Assembly: GCA_052327205.1 (NCBI GenBank)
Contig: CM126209.1
Location: 229,400,001 to 229,464,000 of the forward strand
Source: Somniosus microcephalus
Taxonomy: Eukaryota
Direction: 5' to 3'
DNA length: 64,000 nt
Position numbers and translations under genes: made by a program. Positions 36,737-50,868 of the stretch are shown piece after piece. Position 1 is the first letter of the stretch. The number at the start of each line of letters is the position of its first letter. The notes under the pieces are model-generated. The model had not been told where the DNA came from. It searched no databases and saw only the letters and a program-made list of their open reading frames with translations.

Positions 36737-39700
36737 TGTTGTGTATGTACCTTTAAGAGAATAACTGGTCTCAGACTGCAGTACCGGCAGTGACCACCCC
36801 TGTATAAAAGGCGCTAGTGAGCCTCTGTTGTTTTCAGTTTCACTATTGACTTCCATCAGTAAAGACTTGTTTTGTTCAACTCCTGCTGTCCGTGTCTCAA
36901 TCATTCACGGACATAATACTGGCGACGAGCAGATACGAACCTACCTACAGTCTGCACCACCTCCTGGGATCCATTCCTACAGCGAAGTGAGCAGAGGTCG
37001 AGGCCAGAAAGAAAAGAAAGTAAGAGGCAGTAGAAACGGGCGTCGACCGTGGGCATCCACCCCTGTGTTAGCAGAGTTGAAGATTGCTGGAGAAGCTGTC
37101 GGAAGCGGGGCCTGGTTCCTGTCGACGGTGCTTCAGCTAATTGGGCTGGTGGCAGGTAGTACACTGATCCTTTCTGGGCTGCGGCGGTCGCGAACTCGAG
37201 CAGGTGTCTTGCAACGGGGCCGAGCAGCGTTATCGGGAAGAAGAGAGAGAGGGTGGAGCACACAGGGCGCGGCCGGTGCTACGAAGCCGGGCTGCGTATA
37301 GACCCGAGAAGAGGGAGGCAAGAGTCCCACAGGGTTGTCCCACGACGGGAAAATAATAAAAAAAAGAAATATTAAACGCGCAAGAAACCGCGAGGAGCTG
37401 CAGGTTGCAATGGGAACCGCGGAAAGCAGCGCTAGCAACAGCGGGGAAGAAGGCAAAGCACGGGAGGCGCCATCTTAATCAGCGGGGAAGAAGGCAAAGC
37501 GCGGGAGGCACCATTTTGTTAAATCGGGGAAGAAGGCAAAGCGCGGGAGGCGCCATTTTAGATTTGCAAGATGCCGAAGACTGGCTGTATCACTGCTTTT
37601 GATAATACAATAGAGGACTGGACCACGTATGTGGAAAGAGTCGAGGTATATTTCGAGGCAAACGAAATAGCTGATGAGAAAAAGGCATCGGTATTGCTAA
37701 ACTTAATGGGCGCTAGAACGTACGGCCTATTGCGGGACCTGATTACTCCAGCCAAACCGAAGGCGAAGAGTTTTAACGAAATTGTTGCTGTCCTACAGGA
37801 ACACCTAAACCCTGCACCGCTGTTGATAGCAGAAAGATTTAAATTCCACAGGCGAACTCAGCATAAAGATGAGAGCAATGCTGAGTACCTTACGGAACTA
37901 CGCAAGCTATCAAAGCACTGCCAGTTCGGAGAAGGACTGGCAGATACCCTACGGGACAAATTTGTCTGTGGACTCCTGAGTGAAGGAACACAGAAGAAGT
38001 TACTATCAGAGAAAGAGCTGACGCTAGATAAGGCTTTCAGCGTGGCAGTATCGTATGAAGCAGCAGCCAGGGGAGCTGCAGAAATTCAACAAAAGCCACA
38101 GGAATACGGTACCCACGAAATGACACGGGGATTTGCAAAATGTGATCGCTGCGGCAGAACTAACCATGACCAGAAGGACTGCTGGTCCAAAGACAAAATA
38201 TGCAGGCAATGCGGAAAGATGGGACACATTGCACGAGTTTGCAGGTCTGGGAAGAAGACCAGCGACAACAAAAAGGCTACTAAGGGACCGTACAAGAAAG
38301 TACAAAAGATGATGGACAGTAGTTCCAAAGACCAGATGAGCGATAGTGAATCCGGGAACAGGAGACTAAGCTGTCTCAAACTTCACAATGTAATCGCAAA
38401 AGAGGATCACCAAACCATTTGGGTCACCCTCATGATAGCAGGGTCCCACGTTAAGATGGAATTGGATACAGGATCAGCGCTAACCGTCATGAATCGACGA
38501 GACTACGAGTGGCTAGTCTCACACATACACTTGAGAGAGACATCCGTCGTCTTGACGATGTATACGGGGCAAAAAGTATACCCCAGAGGAAAAATAAGGG
38601 TGCCTGTCGAATACAACGGCAAGAAAATATGGAAATTGTATCTCTACATACTGCCAAATGGTGGACCACCGTTATTGGGACGTGAATGGATCAGGAAGAT
38701 AAACTTAGATTGGCACTCCATTCATGCAATGACGGTGGACGGTAAAAAAGATGAAGACGTCACTCCTGGACGATTGTCAACAATCTTAGCTAACGCCAAA
38801 GAGGTATTTCAACAAGAACTGGGCACGCTTAAAGGTGTAACCGCCTCGATAAAAATAGAAAAGAATGCAGTTCCCAAGTTTTTCAAAGCAAGACCGGTAC
38901 CATATGCAATTCGCCCAGCCATCGAGGCAGAGCTGGAGAATCTGGAGAAGGCAGGCGTGTTGTCTAAGGTCGACTGGAGCGAGTGGGCGACACCCATCGT
39001 TCCTGTCATGAAGAAAACGTTAAGCAATAAGTCCGGGGAGCCAAGGAAGATTTGCATCTGTGGGGATTTCAAGGTGACGGTGAACCCAGTCCTTCACACA
39101 GTACAATATCCTCTTCCAAGGATAGAAGACATCTTCGCCTCACTGTCTGGAGGGAAGGGTTTTACAAAAATTGACCTAGCACAAGCATATTTGCAGATGG
39201 AGGTTGAAGAGTCCTCTAGGAAGTATCTCACGTTAAACACTCACAAAGGTCTTTACCAGTATCATCAATTGGTATTCGGAGTAGCATCGGCTCCGGCGAT
39301 ATGGCAAAGAGCGATGGAACAAGTCCTGCAAGGGATTCCGGGGACTCAGTGTTACTTGGACGACATCCTTGTGACAGGTGAGGATGACAGTGAACACCTT
39401 AACAACCTAGAACAGGTGCTCACTAGACTACGGGAACATGGGCTATGAGCCAACCGTCCCAAGTGCGAGTTTTTTAAGAAACAGATATCGTACTGTGGCC
39501 ACGTGATTGATGAAGAGGGGTTACATAAGTCCCCTGACAAAATTGAAGCGGTTGTTAAGGCCCCAGCACCTGAAAATGTGTCGCAACTGAGGTCATTCCT
39601 CAGATTGGTGAATTACTACCATAAGTTTTTGCCGAATTTGTCGACAATTCTGTACCCACTGAACGCCCTGCTACGAACGGGGGTAGCATGGAAATGGAGC

Positions 39701-41820
39701 GATGATTGTAAGCGGGCCTTTCAGAAGAGTAAGGACTTAATCACTTCAAGGGAAGTATTGGCTCACTACAACCCAGCACTGCCGATCAGACTGGCGTGTG
39801 ATGCGTCTCCCTACGGCATTGGGGAGGTACTGTCACATAAATTCCTTGATGGTTTAGAGAGGCCGATAGCTTTTGCGTCGCGCTCGTTAACTTCTGCCGA
39901 GCGTAACTACGCCCAGATTGACAGAGAGGCCCTCAGCCTAGTGTGGGGGGTGAAGAAGTTCAATCACTACCTGCACGGTCAAAAATTTACTCTACTAACC
40001 GATCATCAACCTCTTGTCTCCATTTTCAACCCTCAGAAGGGCGTACCGATAATGACAGCACAACGGCTGGAGAGGTGGTCCCTTTTCCTAGGGGCGCACC
40101 AATATGACATCGAGTACAAAGGAATTAAACAGCATGGGAATGCTGATGGATTGTCACGCCTACCGTTGCCGATGGTGGAAGAAGAAGACCTTGCAGTGGA
40201 TCCAATGGAGTTATTCCACTCGACCATAGTCGAATGTCTCCCTGTGACGAATGCAAACATAGAAAAGGAAACACGGAATGACCCGACACTATCACGGGTC
40301 TATGATTTAACGGTGAAGGGATGGCCAGCACATGGCGAACCACTGCTGCCAGCATTCTCGCCGAGAAGAGAACAGCTGTCAGTGTGCAGAGGAACCTTGA
40401 TGTGTGGATCCAGAGTAGTAATTCCACCTAAGTTGACTGATAGAGTGCTCAATGAGCTTCATGAGGGTCATCTGGGTGGGGTAAAAATGAAGAACTTAGC
40501 CAGAGCGTTTGTGTGGTGGCCGGGAATCGATAGAGAAATCGAAGAGATGACCAAGAGCTGTGCAGGATGCCAGAAGGTCCAAAACGCCCCACCACAAGCT
40601 CCTCTGCATCCATGGGAGTGGCCCTCATCTCCATGGCAAAGGGTGCACATTGATTTTGCTGGTCCCTTCATGGACTCGATGTTTTTAATCGTGGTGGATG
40701 CACATTCAAAGTGGCCAGAGGTAATAAAAATGTCCTCAACCACCATGGAAAAAACTATCACAGTTTTACGAACCATATTCGCCAGGAATGGGCTGCCTGA
40801 ACAGATTTGCTCTGACAATGGACCACAGTTTGTGTCTGAAGAGTTCCGGAGGTTCTTAAAGAACAATGGTGTTAAGCATTACACATCTGCCCCATATCAT
40901 CCAGCCACTAATGGATTGGCCGAGAGGTTTGTCCAAACATTCAAGAAGGCTATCAAGGCAATGTGTAATGAAGATATACCCCTACAACACAAGGTGGACA
41001 ACTTCTTGTTTGCCTACCGGAATGCGACACATGCGGTTACCAACCAAACTCCAGCCATGATGTTCTTCAATCGAAGACTATGATGCCGCTTGGATTTGGT
41101 TAAGCCAAACGTCCGAAGAGATGTGGAGAACAGGCAGTTTCAAAATATGAATGAAAGGCCGACCAGGAGTTTTAAGATAGGTCAACCAGTTTTGGCCCGG
41201 GACTACCGCACTGAGAAATGGCAGCCAGGAACGATTTGTCCACGGCAAGGACCTCTCATTTATACCGTGGACGTTGGAGAGAGCATTGTAAGACGCCATG
41301 CTGACCAGATTCTAGAGTCACTGGAAAACGTCAACTCCACACCACGATCTGATACACCTGGCAATGAAATCGACGTACCAATTGCAGCTACCGCAGAACC
41401 GGTGATATTGGAAGCAGATGAACCAAACAACGACATTGATCCCGACTCAACATTGCCAGAAGAACCTGATACCCCAAAGAGGCGTTATCCAGACAGAATC
41501 AGGAAGCCTCCTCAAAGACTGAACTTATAATTGCTTAAACTTAACCAATGTATCTAGCAACCGTAATTGTGATTGTAATTAGTTATCATTTAGTTGTTAA
41601 ATGAATGTTATGTACTGTTTATCTAAAAGGGGAGGAATTGTTGTGTATGTACCTTTAAGAGAATAAGTGGTCTCAGACTGCAGTACCGGCAGTGACCACC
41701 CCTGTATAAAAGGCGCTAGTGAGCCTCTGTTGTTTTCAGTTTCACTATTGACTTCCATCAGTAAAGACTTGTTTTGTTCAACTCCTGCTGTCCGTGTCTC
41801 AATCATTCACGGACATAATA
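36737..41820 (+). mobile_element. Full-length Ty3/Gypsy LTR retrotransposon (element B, Mag-like)
   Basis: 182-bp LTRs 36737-36918 and 41639-41820 with one mismatch; 5-bp TSD TTAAT; PBS tggcgacgag at 36920; PPT aaaaggggaggaa. Confidence 0.96.
37571..41530 (+). pseudogene. Gag-Pol polyprotein of element B, single frame with two TGA stops (39446-39448, 41081-41083)
   Basis: Two CCHC knuckles, protease LDTGS, RT YLDD, RNase H CDAS, integrase HHCC, HIDFAGP, SDNG, LAER; all three ORFs share one frame. Confidence 0.92.
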
Positions 41821-42194
41821 TTAATGACTGTTAATGAATGCCCATAGTAGAAGTTCTGGACAGTATTTTACTCTTCGTATTTCTCTTCTAGCCCAATTAC
41901 CATGCTGTCCCGGTTTCTCCCTGTGGCTCGGACCTGTCCATTACATTACATTAGCTTTGTCTCCCTCAGAAGGCAGGTGTCTGCAGTCAAAAGCTCACTG
42001 ATACCTGAGCCTTTTAGTCTCACAAGTTATCACAGTGTGATGGTACTGTCAGCTTCTGAAATTTTCAACAGTAAGTGACCAAGTCTGATCCTCACAAAGC
42101 AGTGCCCCTGAAGAACATGACTATATCTCCTGTGCTGGCTGCAGAAATGATTTGGGATCACAGTCTGAGTGAATTGCCTAAGCACAGAACAGGT

Positions 42195-42645
42195 CTGTAT
42201 GAGGAGAGATTGGGTCGATTAGGCTTATATTTGCTAGAGTTTAGAAGAATGAGAGGGGATCTCATTGAAACTTATAAAATTTTAACAGGACTAGACAGAC
42301 TAGATGCAGGAAGGATGTTCCCGATGGCGGGGGAGTCCAGAACCAGGGGTCACAGTCGAAGGATAAGGGGTAAGCCATTTAGGACTGAGATCAGGAGGTA
42401 TTTCTTCACCCAGAGAGTGGTGAACCTGTGGAATTCTCTACCACAGAAGGCAGTTGAGGCCAATTCATTAAATATATTCAAGAAGGAGTTAGATATATTT
42501 CTTAAGGCTAAAGGAATCAAGGGATATGGGGAGAAAGCAGGGACAGGGTACTGAATTTGGATGATCAGCCACGATGTCATTAAATGGCGGAACAGGCTCG
42601 AGGGGCCGAATGGCCTACTCCTGCTCCTATCTTCTATGTTTCTAT
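42195..42645 (+). mobile_element. CR1 3' fragment (young subfamily)
   Basis: YEERLGRLGLY...GYGEKAGTGY plus tail. Confidence 0.9.
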
Positions 42646-43189
42646 GTCCACAGTAGTCTAGAGGAGGTATAGGTGTGTGTGTGGGTAAATGTATGGATGA
42701 GCTGTTGGTATGGCTGGGTAACCACGCAAGTGTGCTTTCTGCTAATGTGTATGTGTATGAAATTCAGTCGAGGCAAGACGGGTGGCAGCAGCTCCCCCCG
42801 AAAATGTAGATGAGGCTCAAGGACCAAATTATCTATACAATCAGTCATTTTTTCGAAAGACTCTATTAAAGTTGTCAAACATGACTTGCTGTCTATGATT
42901 ATCCCATGCATCTGTAAATGCTCACGAATTTGTTCTCAAATTATGAATTCTAAGAGTGAAAACGCAACTGACATTAGTCTAACAGGTCTATAATTATCAA
43001 GTTTCTTCTTCTCTCCCTTCTTCAGCAGATTATAGAAAATATATTTATTTAAAGGAACAGGATGGAAGGAGTTTTGGGCTATGACACAATCACGGGGCTC
43101 AGGTGAATTAAGTAAACTGCTTATAAACACTAAAGCACCAGTCTTGATTTTACAATGGCTGTGTAATGCTCTCCTGTCCAATTGATATG

Positions 43190-43832
43190 TTTACATAAGG
43201 AGCAGGAGTAGGCCATTTGGCCCTTCGAGCCTGCTCCGCCATTCAATAAGATCATGGCTGATCTTCTACCTCATCTCCACTTTCCTGCACTATCCCCATA
43301 TCCCTTGATTCCCTTAATATCCAAAAATCTATCGATCTCTGTCTTGAATATACTCAATGACTGAGCCTCTACAGCCCTCTGGGGTAGAGAATTCCAAAGA
43401 TTCACCACCCTCTGAGTGAAGAAATTTCTCCTCATCTCAGTCCTAAATGGCCGACCCGTTATTCTGAGACTGTGACCCCTGGTTCTAGACTCCCCAGCCA
43501 GGGGAAACATCCTCCCTGCATCTACCCTGTCAAGCCCTGTAAGAATTTTGTATGTTTCAATGAGATCACCTCTCATTCTTCTAAACTCTAGAGAATATAG
43601 GCCTCGTCGACTCAATCTCTCCTCATAGGACAATCCCCCCATCCCAAGAATCAGTCTGGTGAACCTTCGTTGCACTCCCTCTATGGCAAGTATATCCTTC
43701 CTCAGGTAAGGAGACCAAAACTGTACACAATACTCCAGGTGTGGTCTCACCAGGGCCCTATATAATTGCAGTAAGATGTCTTTACTCTTATACTCAAATC
43801 CACTTGTAATAAAGGCCAACATACCATTTGCA
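43190..43832 (-). mobile_element. CR1 3' fragment
   Basis: 189-aa CR1 ORF2 C-terminus plus tail. Confidence 0.9.
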
Positions 43833-44669
43833 AATAGCACAGGTGTGGGTTCACAACAATGGTTTATGCCTGCAGTTTAAGGGCCTTGCACATTATTGAC
43901 ACTGTACCTAGCTCAACTCCCTTCTGGTGATGGGCTGCCAGTTCCTCAGTTACTCTCCTGGCACTTGGAGTTTGAATTCCTTGGTCAGCACACTGTTTAG
44001 CGCTTTCACGTAAAATTATTTTATGGGCTATTTAAAGCCAGATAAATCAGTGGAAATTAAATACCTTTGCATATTTTGCCTGGCCTACTTCCTCTTGGGA
44101 AGGAGGGTCGTGGGAAATCCTATATAGATCCTTCTTCGGGATTATCTATTTTTCTCACTACTTCTGTCTACCTTTCCTGACACTTCTTCCTCTCTGCTGC
44201 TCTCCATTTCACATGACAGAACTCCCTGATGTGATCAATGTGACTCTCAATCAAAAAGAGAGCTTCCAAGGACACTGACCTCTGATAGATTACAGAGCAC
44301 CAATGTTATTAACCTGCCATTGATCTCACCTCTGTGCAACAAAGGACAACACTGAAATCTTTAGAGTAACAACAAAAAGTAACTGCTGTGCTTATTTTAA
44401 AAAAAACAGATGCCAGAAGTGTAGCAATGACAAAATACACATTGGATAGTGGCGGTTACAGAAACTAACCACGTGTGATGGAACTTACACAACTGTTAGC
44501 TCCTTTGGCAACAATTTTCTGTTAAAACAGTAAATGGTGATTTCGCTTCCTTTTGTTAAATGGGCTACCATCAGCTGTACAAAAGCTGAATTGGATTTTT
44601 ACCATTTACTGGCCAATGTTCTGTTGTTCATATATTCATTAAAAAATGTTTGTATCCCCTTTCATTTCC

Positions 44670-45065
44670 AATGCCTTGATTTTAAAATTCTCATCGTTGT
44701 TTTCTAATCCTTCCATGGACTCATCTCTCCCTATCTCTGTAACCTTCTCCAGCCCTACAACGCTCCTAGATCTCTGCACTTCTCCAATTCTGCCCTCTTG
44801 CACATCCCTGATTTTCATCTCTCCACCACTGGCGGCCGTGCCTTCAGCTGCCTAGGCCGTAAGTTCAGGAATTCCCTCCCTAAACCTCTCTGCCTCGCTA
44901 ACACTCTCTCTCCTCCTTTAAGACGCCCCTTAAAATGTACCTCTTTGGTCACCAGTCCTAATATCTCCTCATGTGGCTCGGTGTCAAATTTTGTCTGATA
45001 ACCGTCCTGTGAAGCGCCTTGGGACGTTTTACTACATTAAAGGTGCAATATAGTTGTTGTTGTTG
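44670..45065 (+). mobile_element. L2-type LINE 3' fragment
   Basis: TGGRAFSCLG..NSLPKPL peptide; ttgttgttg tail. Confidence 0.75.
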
Positions 45066-48052
45066 TTAGGTCATTCCACATCATCTACAATTTCCAGGAC
45101 AACAGTCCTATTGCCAATGCTGCTCGTGGTCCAAAGCCAGAAGGATTAAATGACTATGTGAGTAGTTTCTCTTTTTACTTCTTTTCCCTCTTTGTGGGGA
45201 ATAGGAAGTTTCTTGTCTGCTGTTAGCACTTTCCTTCTTCTTTCTGTCCTCCGCTTCACCTCCCCCATCCCATGGTACAGCTTAGATCAGAAGCTCTCCA
45301 TATGAAAAACATTAGGCACCTAACCAACACCACACTGTGTGGCATTTACTTCAAAGATGAAAGTGCTGGAGGATGGGCAATTTTTACAACAAAAATTAAT
45401 TCATAACTTTGCACAGAATTTCAGGCGATTATAACAGCATGAACATAGCTACAGGAGCAGGCCATTCAGTTCCTCAAGCCAGTTCTGTCATTCTATTTGA
45501 TCATGGCTGATCTGTATCGCAACTCAATTTATCTGACTTTTCGCCATATCCCTTGATACCCTTACCTAACAAAAATCTATCGATCGAAGTCTTGATAGCC
45601 AGACAATTCATCTTGTTTTAGCAGGGATTGAGTATTAAATTTTAAACAGAGGATTGAAATGATTAGTGACAACTGAAAATGAGACATCTTTTTTTTCCTG
45701 TAGTGAAAGACAAACTGCACCACTGGAAACCGGGCAGGGATAAATAAGGACCACAAGGATTGAAGAGTCACAGTGATTACTTATTGACTGATGCAAATGG
45801 GAGAGATTTGGTGTCAGCAAGCTGCACAAAACACTAGTGTTCAAGATCCAATCCCACTGGCTACAGACAGCAATATATCTTTCCCTGACTGGCGACAGAA
45901 CATTAGTTTACAAACCCTATACTTGCCATGCCGAGCAAATAATTGCTAATCTAGACTTCATTGTATGATAAGAGGTCACTATTTCCAGTCTTTGTTCAAA
46001 CACTCACTTTTAAAATAATTTCCACCTCTTCTCCTGAAGATGGTGACACAGGCGAGAATACGTTTTTTTTAAAGAAAATTGTAGCACTCTGGAACCCGAC
46101 CTGATTTTTACCCCTTCCTAGCTAAGGGATGCCAGGGCCAATTGTAGAGTCTTCATCTTTGCCACGGCTGAATTTTTATTAAAGTGCTGCCTGGGGCTCC
46201 TTTGCGATGGGGCTCAGATGTGCTCCCTCTCCCCTTTACTCTTCAATTTGCAAGCGAGGCTGAGAACCTGGGTGGGGGGGTTCTGCTGGATTCCCAGCAT
46301 AACGCTGGGAGGTCTCACTTCCTTGGTTATTTTGCACCTGGCATAGTACTAGAGGCTATCATGCCCAGTGAGCTGAGACATGCCAGCCTCCAGATGGGCA
46401 CATGTGCACTCCACCAAAAGGCCTGGTCTCCTGAAGACTAGACACTTTAAAAAAAAAAAAATTCTTGATTGGCCCCCTTACATAAGGGTGGTGTTGGGGG
46501 GCGAGGGGAACGTGGCTACATGAAGCAGACAGGTGTCAGAGAAGGGCTTGCATTGGCATTTGCACCTGCCTTCCCAGTGCAAATTAGATGTGTCCCCCCA
46601 CCGACCCCAAACTCTGGCAAGGTTAATGCCAGAGCTCACTGGTGGGAGCAAGCCCAAGATCACGGCCTGAGGATTTTCAGGGCTGTAGCATCAGAGTGGC
46701 CGAAAGCAACTGTCCGTATTACATTGTGATGGATAATTTAAAGGTTGTTAAACTCAGTGAACATTGTCTTAGACGCCATCTTTTTAAAATAACACCTAAT
46801 TTCTACTGATGCCATTGAGCTACATCTCAAGGCATCTCCTGGTACAGAAGCAACAACACTCCAAATGTCCTTTAAGCCTTCAGGGTGTCATTTAAATCTG
46901 GGGTTTTGAAGTTAGATGCTAGGAGAATTTGGCACTGAGAGTGTGGCATACTGCTTATTGAAAACAGATATCTCAAGAGTGGCAGTGAGTGCTGGTTAGC
47001 AATATTTCAGGCACCTAAAGAAGCCAATAATTCCTTGGGCAAGGCTAAACAGTGCCACACAAACACTAGTTTTTGAAAACATGACAGGGGAAATAAAACT
47101 ACACAATATGCTTCTGTCAAAAAAAACCTCAATAGATTGTGACAGTGTCCTGGGTGTAGAAATATATTTTCAGACTCCTGGGTTGAACATGAATCCACTT
47201 CAAATGACCTTTCCTTCTCCTTAGAAATTTGCTCATCTTCACCCTATCTCTATGAAAGATGATTTCTCTCACCTTTCCCACCACCTCCCTGTTGTCCTTA
47301 CATCAATACTTCTATAAGTTATGGAAGCTGCTGTTAACTTCCAAATATGCCATCATCTTAAAAAGTTTGGCTTACTCTATGCTTGGCAGTATTGTTTTCA
47401 GCGTGGCTGTTTCGCTGGCAATCTTGGTGCCTAACTTATGGATTGATGGAATTCTGCCCCTGAACGCTTTGGTGAATCATTTGTCAGTGTCTTGAACAGC
47501 TCCAAAGTCTATGATATGGTCTGGCATCGTGCAGTTCTAAGCAAGTTACTGTCATGCAACCCTCCACCAAATCTATGTTCATGGCTATCTAGCTTCCTCT
47601 CAAATTGCTCTAGCTGTGCTGTAATTAATGGCTCATGCTCTGACTCTTATTCCGTTGACTAAAGGGCTCCCCAGGGATCTGTCCTCTTTCACTCTGTTTT
47701 CCCTTCATATCAGTGACCTTCTCCACTTATCACCCAATGTTATCCACTTTCTCTTGCTGATGATTTCAGTCTCCACTTCTATTCCATCACATGCCTTCAG
47801 TGAACATAATTTCCCCGGTCCTCTTGCTCTGCAATGGATTAATCACTATTGGGTAGAAATTACTGTCAGCAAGGTTATCCTATGAATGATTAAAACACTC
47901 ATTTTAATTCCTTTCTCCACTATTTTACCAAAGGAGCTAACCAATTAAAAATAATTTCTACCCTTATATCTTGATCTGCTCAGTGCTTTTTAGTTAGGAA
48001 TTGAAAATCTTATTTACTTAATTCTTCAAACTTTTTTTTATGTCCTTCATAA

Positions 48053-50868
48053 GTGACCATAACATGATAGAATTCTTCATTAAGATGGAAAGAGAAGTAG
48101 TCCAATCCGAAACTAGGGTCCTAAATCTAAACAAAGGAAACTACGAAGGTATGAGGAGTGAGTTAGCTATGATAGATTGGGCAGCCTCATTAAAAGGATA
48201 GGCAATGGCTAACATTTAAGGAACGAATGCATGAATTGCAACAGTTATACATTCCTTTCTGGCGCAAAAACACAAAAAGAAAAGCGGCTCAACCAAAAGA
48301 AATTAAGGATAGTATTAGATCCAAAGAGGAGTCATATAAAGTTGCCAGAAAAAGTAGCAACCCTGAGGATTGGGAGCAGTTTAGAATTCAGCAAAAAGGG
48401 ACCAAGTGATTGATTAAGGGGAAAAAAATAGAGTATGAGAGTAAACTTGCAAGGAACATAAAAGCGGACTGTAAAAGCTTCTACAAGTATGTAAAAAGAA
48501 AAAGATTAGTGAAGACAAGTGTAAGTCCCTTACAGTCAGAAACGGGAGAATTTATAATGGGGAACAAGGAAATGGCAGAGGAATTAAACAAATACTTTGG
48601 TTCTGAGTTCACGGAAATGCTAGGGAACCAAGGGTCTAGTGAGAAGGAGGAATTAAAGGAAATTAGTACAGGTAGACTATCCTTTATCCGAAAACCTCGG
48701 GACCAGCCGTGTTTCGGTTTTCGGAAAATTTCGGATTTCAGAAGGTATTTTTTAAGACTGGGAAATTTGTCGGGGGTGGGGGTCGGCGGGGGTCGAGGTC
48801 GGCGGGGGGTCGGGGGTGGGGGTTGGCGGGGGTCGGCGTCGGCGGGGGGGTCAGCGGGGGGTCGGGGTCGTGCGCACGACTTACGCTGAACGAAAAAACT
48901 TTCAGTTTTCAGAGGATTTCGGTTTTCGGAAGTGCGGATAAAGGATACACTATTCCTTATCCGAAAGGGTGGGGGTCGGGGGGGGGAGAAAAGAATATTG
49001 GACAGGCCGCTGCAGCTATCGGACGGGCCACTGTATTGTTGGGTTCACTCTCCCGGTACACCTCCTTCACACTGCCCGGCTCAGCCTGCAATCTCCTACC
49101 CAGGAGGGAACTCAGTGACCCTCTGCCCTGCTCAGCGTAAGTCGTGCGCCACTCTGGTCATGTCGTGTGCACGACCTACGCTGAACGAAAAAACTTTCGG
49201 TTTTTAGAGGGTTTCGGTTTTCGGAAGTTCGGATAAAGGATAGTCTACCTGTATTAGTAAAAAAAATAGTGCTGGAGAAATTAATGGGACTGAAAGCCGA
49301 TAAATCCCCAGGGCCTGATAATCTGCATCCCAGAGTACTAAAAGAGGTAGCCATGGAAATAGTGGATGCATTGGTTGTCATCTTCCTAAATTCTATAGAT
49401 TATGGAACAGTTTCTGCAGATTGGAGGGTGGCAAATGCAACCCCACTATTTAAAAAAGAAGGGCGAGAGAAAACAGGGAACTACAGACCGGTTAGCCAAA
49501 CATCAGTAGTAGGGAAAATGCTAGGGTCTATTATAAAGGATGTGATAACAGGACACTTAGAAAATATCAATGGGATTAGACAGAGTCAACATGGATTTAT
49601 GAAAGGGAAATCGTGTTTGACAAATCTACTGGAGTTTTTTGAGGATGTAACTGGTAGAATAGATAAGGGAGAACCAGTGGATGTGGTGTATTTGGATTTT
49701 CAGAAGACCTTTGATAAAGTCCCACATAAGAGGTTAGTGTGCAAAATTAAAGCACATGGGATTGGAGGTAATATACTGGCATGGATTAAAAATTGGTTAA
49801 CAGACAGGAATAAATGGGTCTTTTTCGGGGTGGCAGGCGGTGACTCGTGGGGTACCGCAGGATCAGTGCTTGGGCCCCAGCTATTCACAACATATATATA
49901 TCAATGATTTAGATGAGGGAACCAAATGTAATATTTCCAAGTTTGCTGATGACACGAAACTAGCTGGGAGTGTGAGTTGTGAGCAGGATGCAAAGAGGTT
50001 TCAAGGCGATTTAGACAAGTTGAGTGAATGGGCAAATACATGGCAGATGAAGTATAACGTGGATAAATGTGAAGTTATCCACTTTGGTAGAAAAAACACA
50101 AATTATTTAAATGGCGATAGATTGGGGAATGTTGATGTACAGAGAGACCTGGGTGTCCTTGTACGCCAGTCACTGAAAGCAAACATGCAGGTGCAGCAAG
50201 CAGTTAGGATGGCAAATGTTATGTTGGCCTTCATTGCAAGAGGATTTAAGTACAGGAGCAAGGATGTCTTACTACAGTTATACAGGGCCTTGGGGAGACC
50301 ACACCTGGAGTACTGTGTGCAGTTTTGGTCTCCTTACTAAGAAAAGATATACTTGCCATAGAGGGAGTGCAGCGAAGGTTCACCAGACTGATTCCCGGGA
50401 TGACAGGACTGTCGTATGAGGAGAGATTGGGTCGACTAGGCCTGTATTCACTAGAGTTTAGAAGAATGAGAGGGGATCTCACTGAAACGTATAAAATTCT
50501 GGCAGGGCTAGACAGACTTGATGCAGAGAGGATGTTTCCCCTGGCTGGGGGGTCGAGAACGAGGGGTCAGTCTCAGGATACGGGGTAGGACATTTAGGAC
50601 TGAGATGAGGAGAAATTTATTCACTCAGAGGGTGGTGAACTTGTGGAATTCTCTACCACAGAAGGCTGTGGAGGCCAAGTCACTGAATATATTTAAGAAG
50701 GCGATAGATTGATTTCTAGACACAAAAGGCATCAAGGGGTATGGGGAGAGAGCGGGAATATGGTATTGAGATAGGGGATCAGCCATGATCATATTGAATG
50801 GTGGAGCAGGCTCGAAGGGCCGAATGGCCTACTCCTGCTCCTATTTTTCTATGTTTCTTATGTTTCTA
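48053..50868 (+). mobile_element. Long 5'-truncated CR1 LINE (frameshifted), interrupted by a MITE
   Basis: KSFYKYVKRKR, KSPGPDNLHPRVLKE, NYRPVS, FADDTKL and CR1 3' tail. Confidence 0.92.
48669..49251. mobile_element. Tc1/mariner (Tigger/pogo-like) MITE
   Basis: Perfect 24-bp TIRs caggtagactatcctttatccgaa; TA TSD; removing it restores the CR1 peptide EISISKKIVLEK. Confidence 0.9.

Noticed and set aside
36828-37456. ORFs in the 5' leader of element B (possible extra gene or env)
   Set aside because: No recognisable motifs; they overlap LTR, PBS and GC-rich leader, where open frames arise by chance
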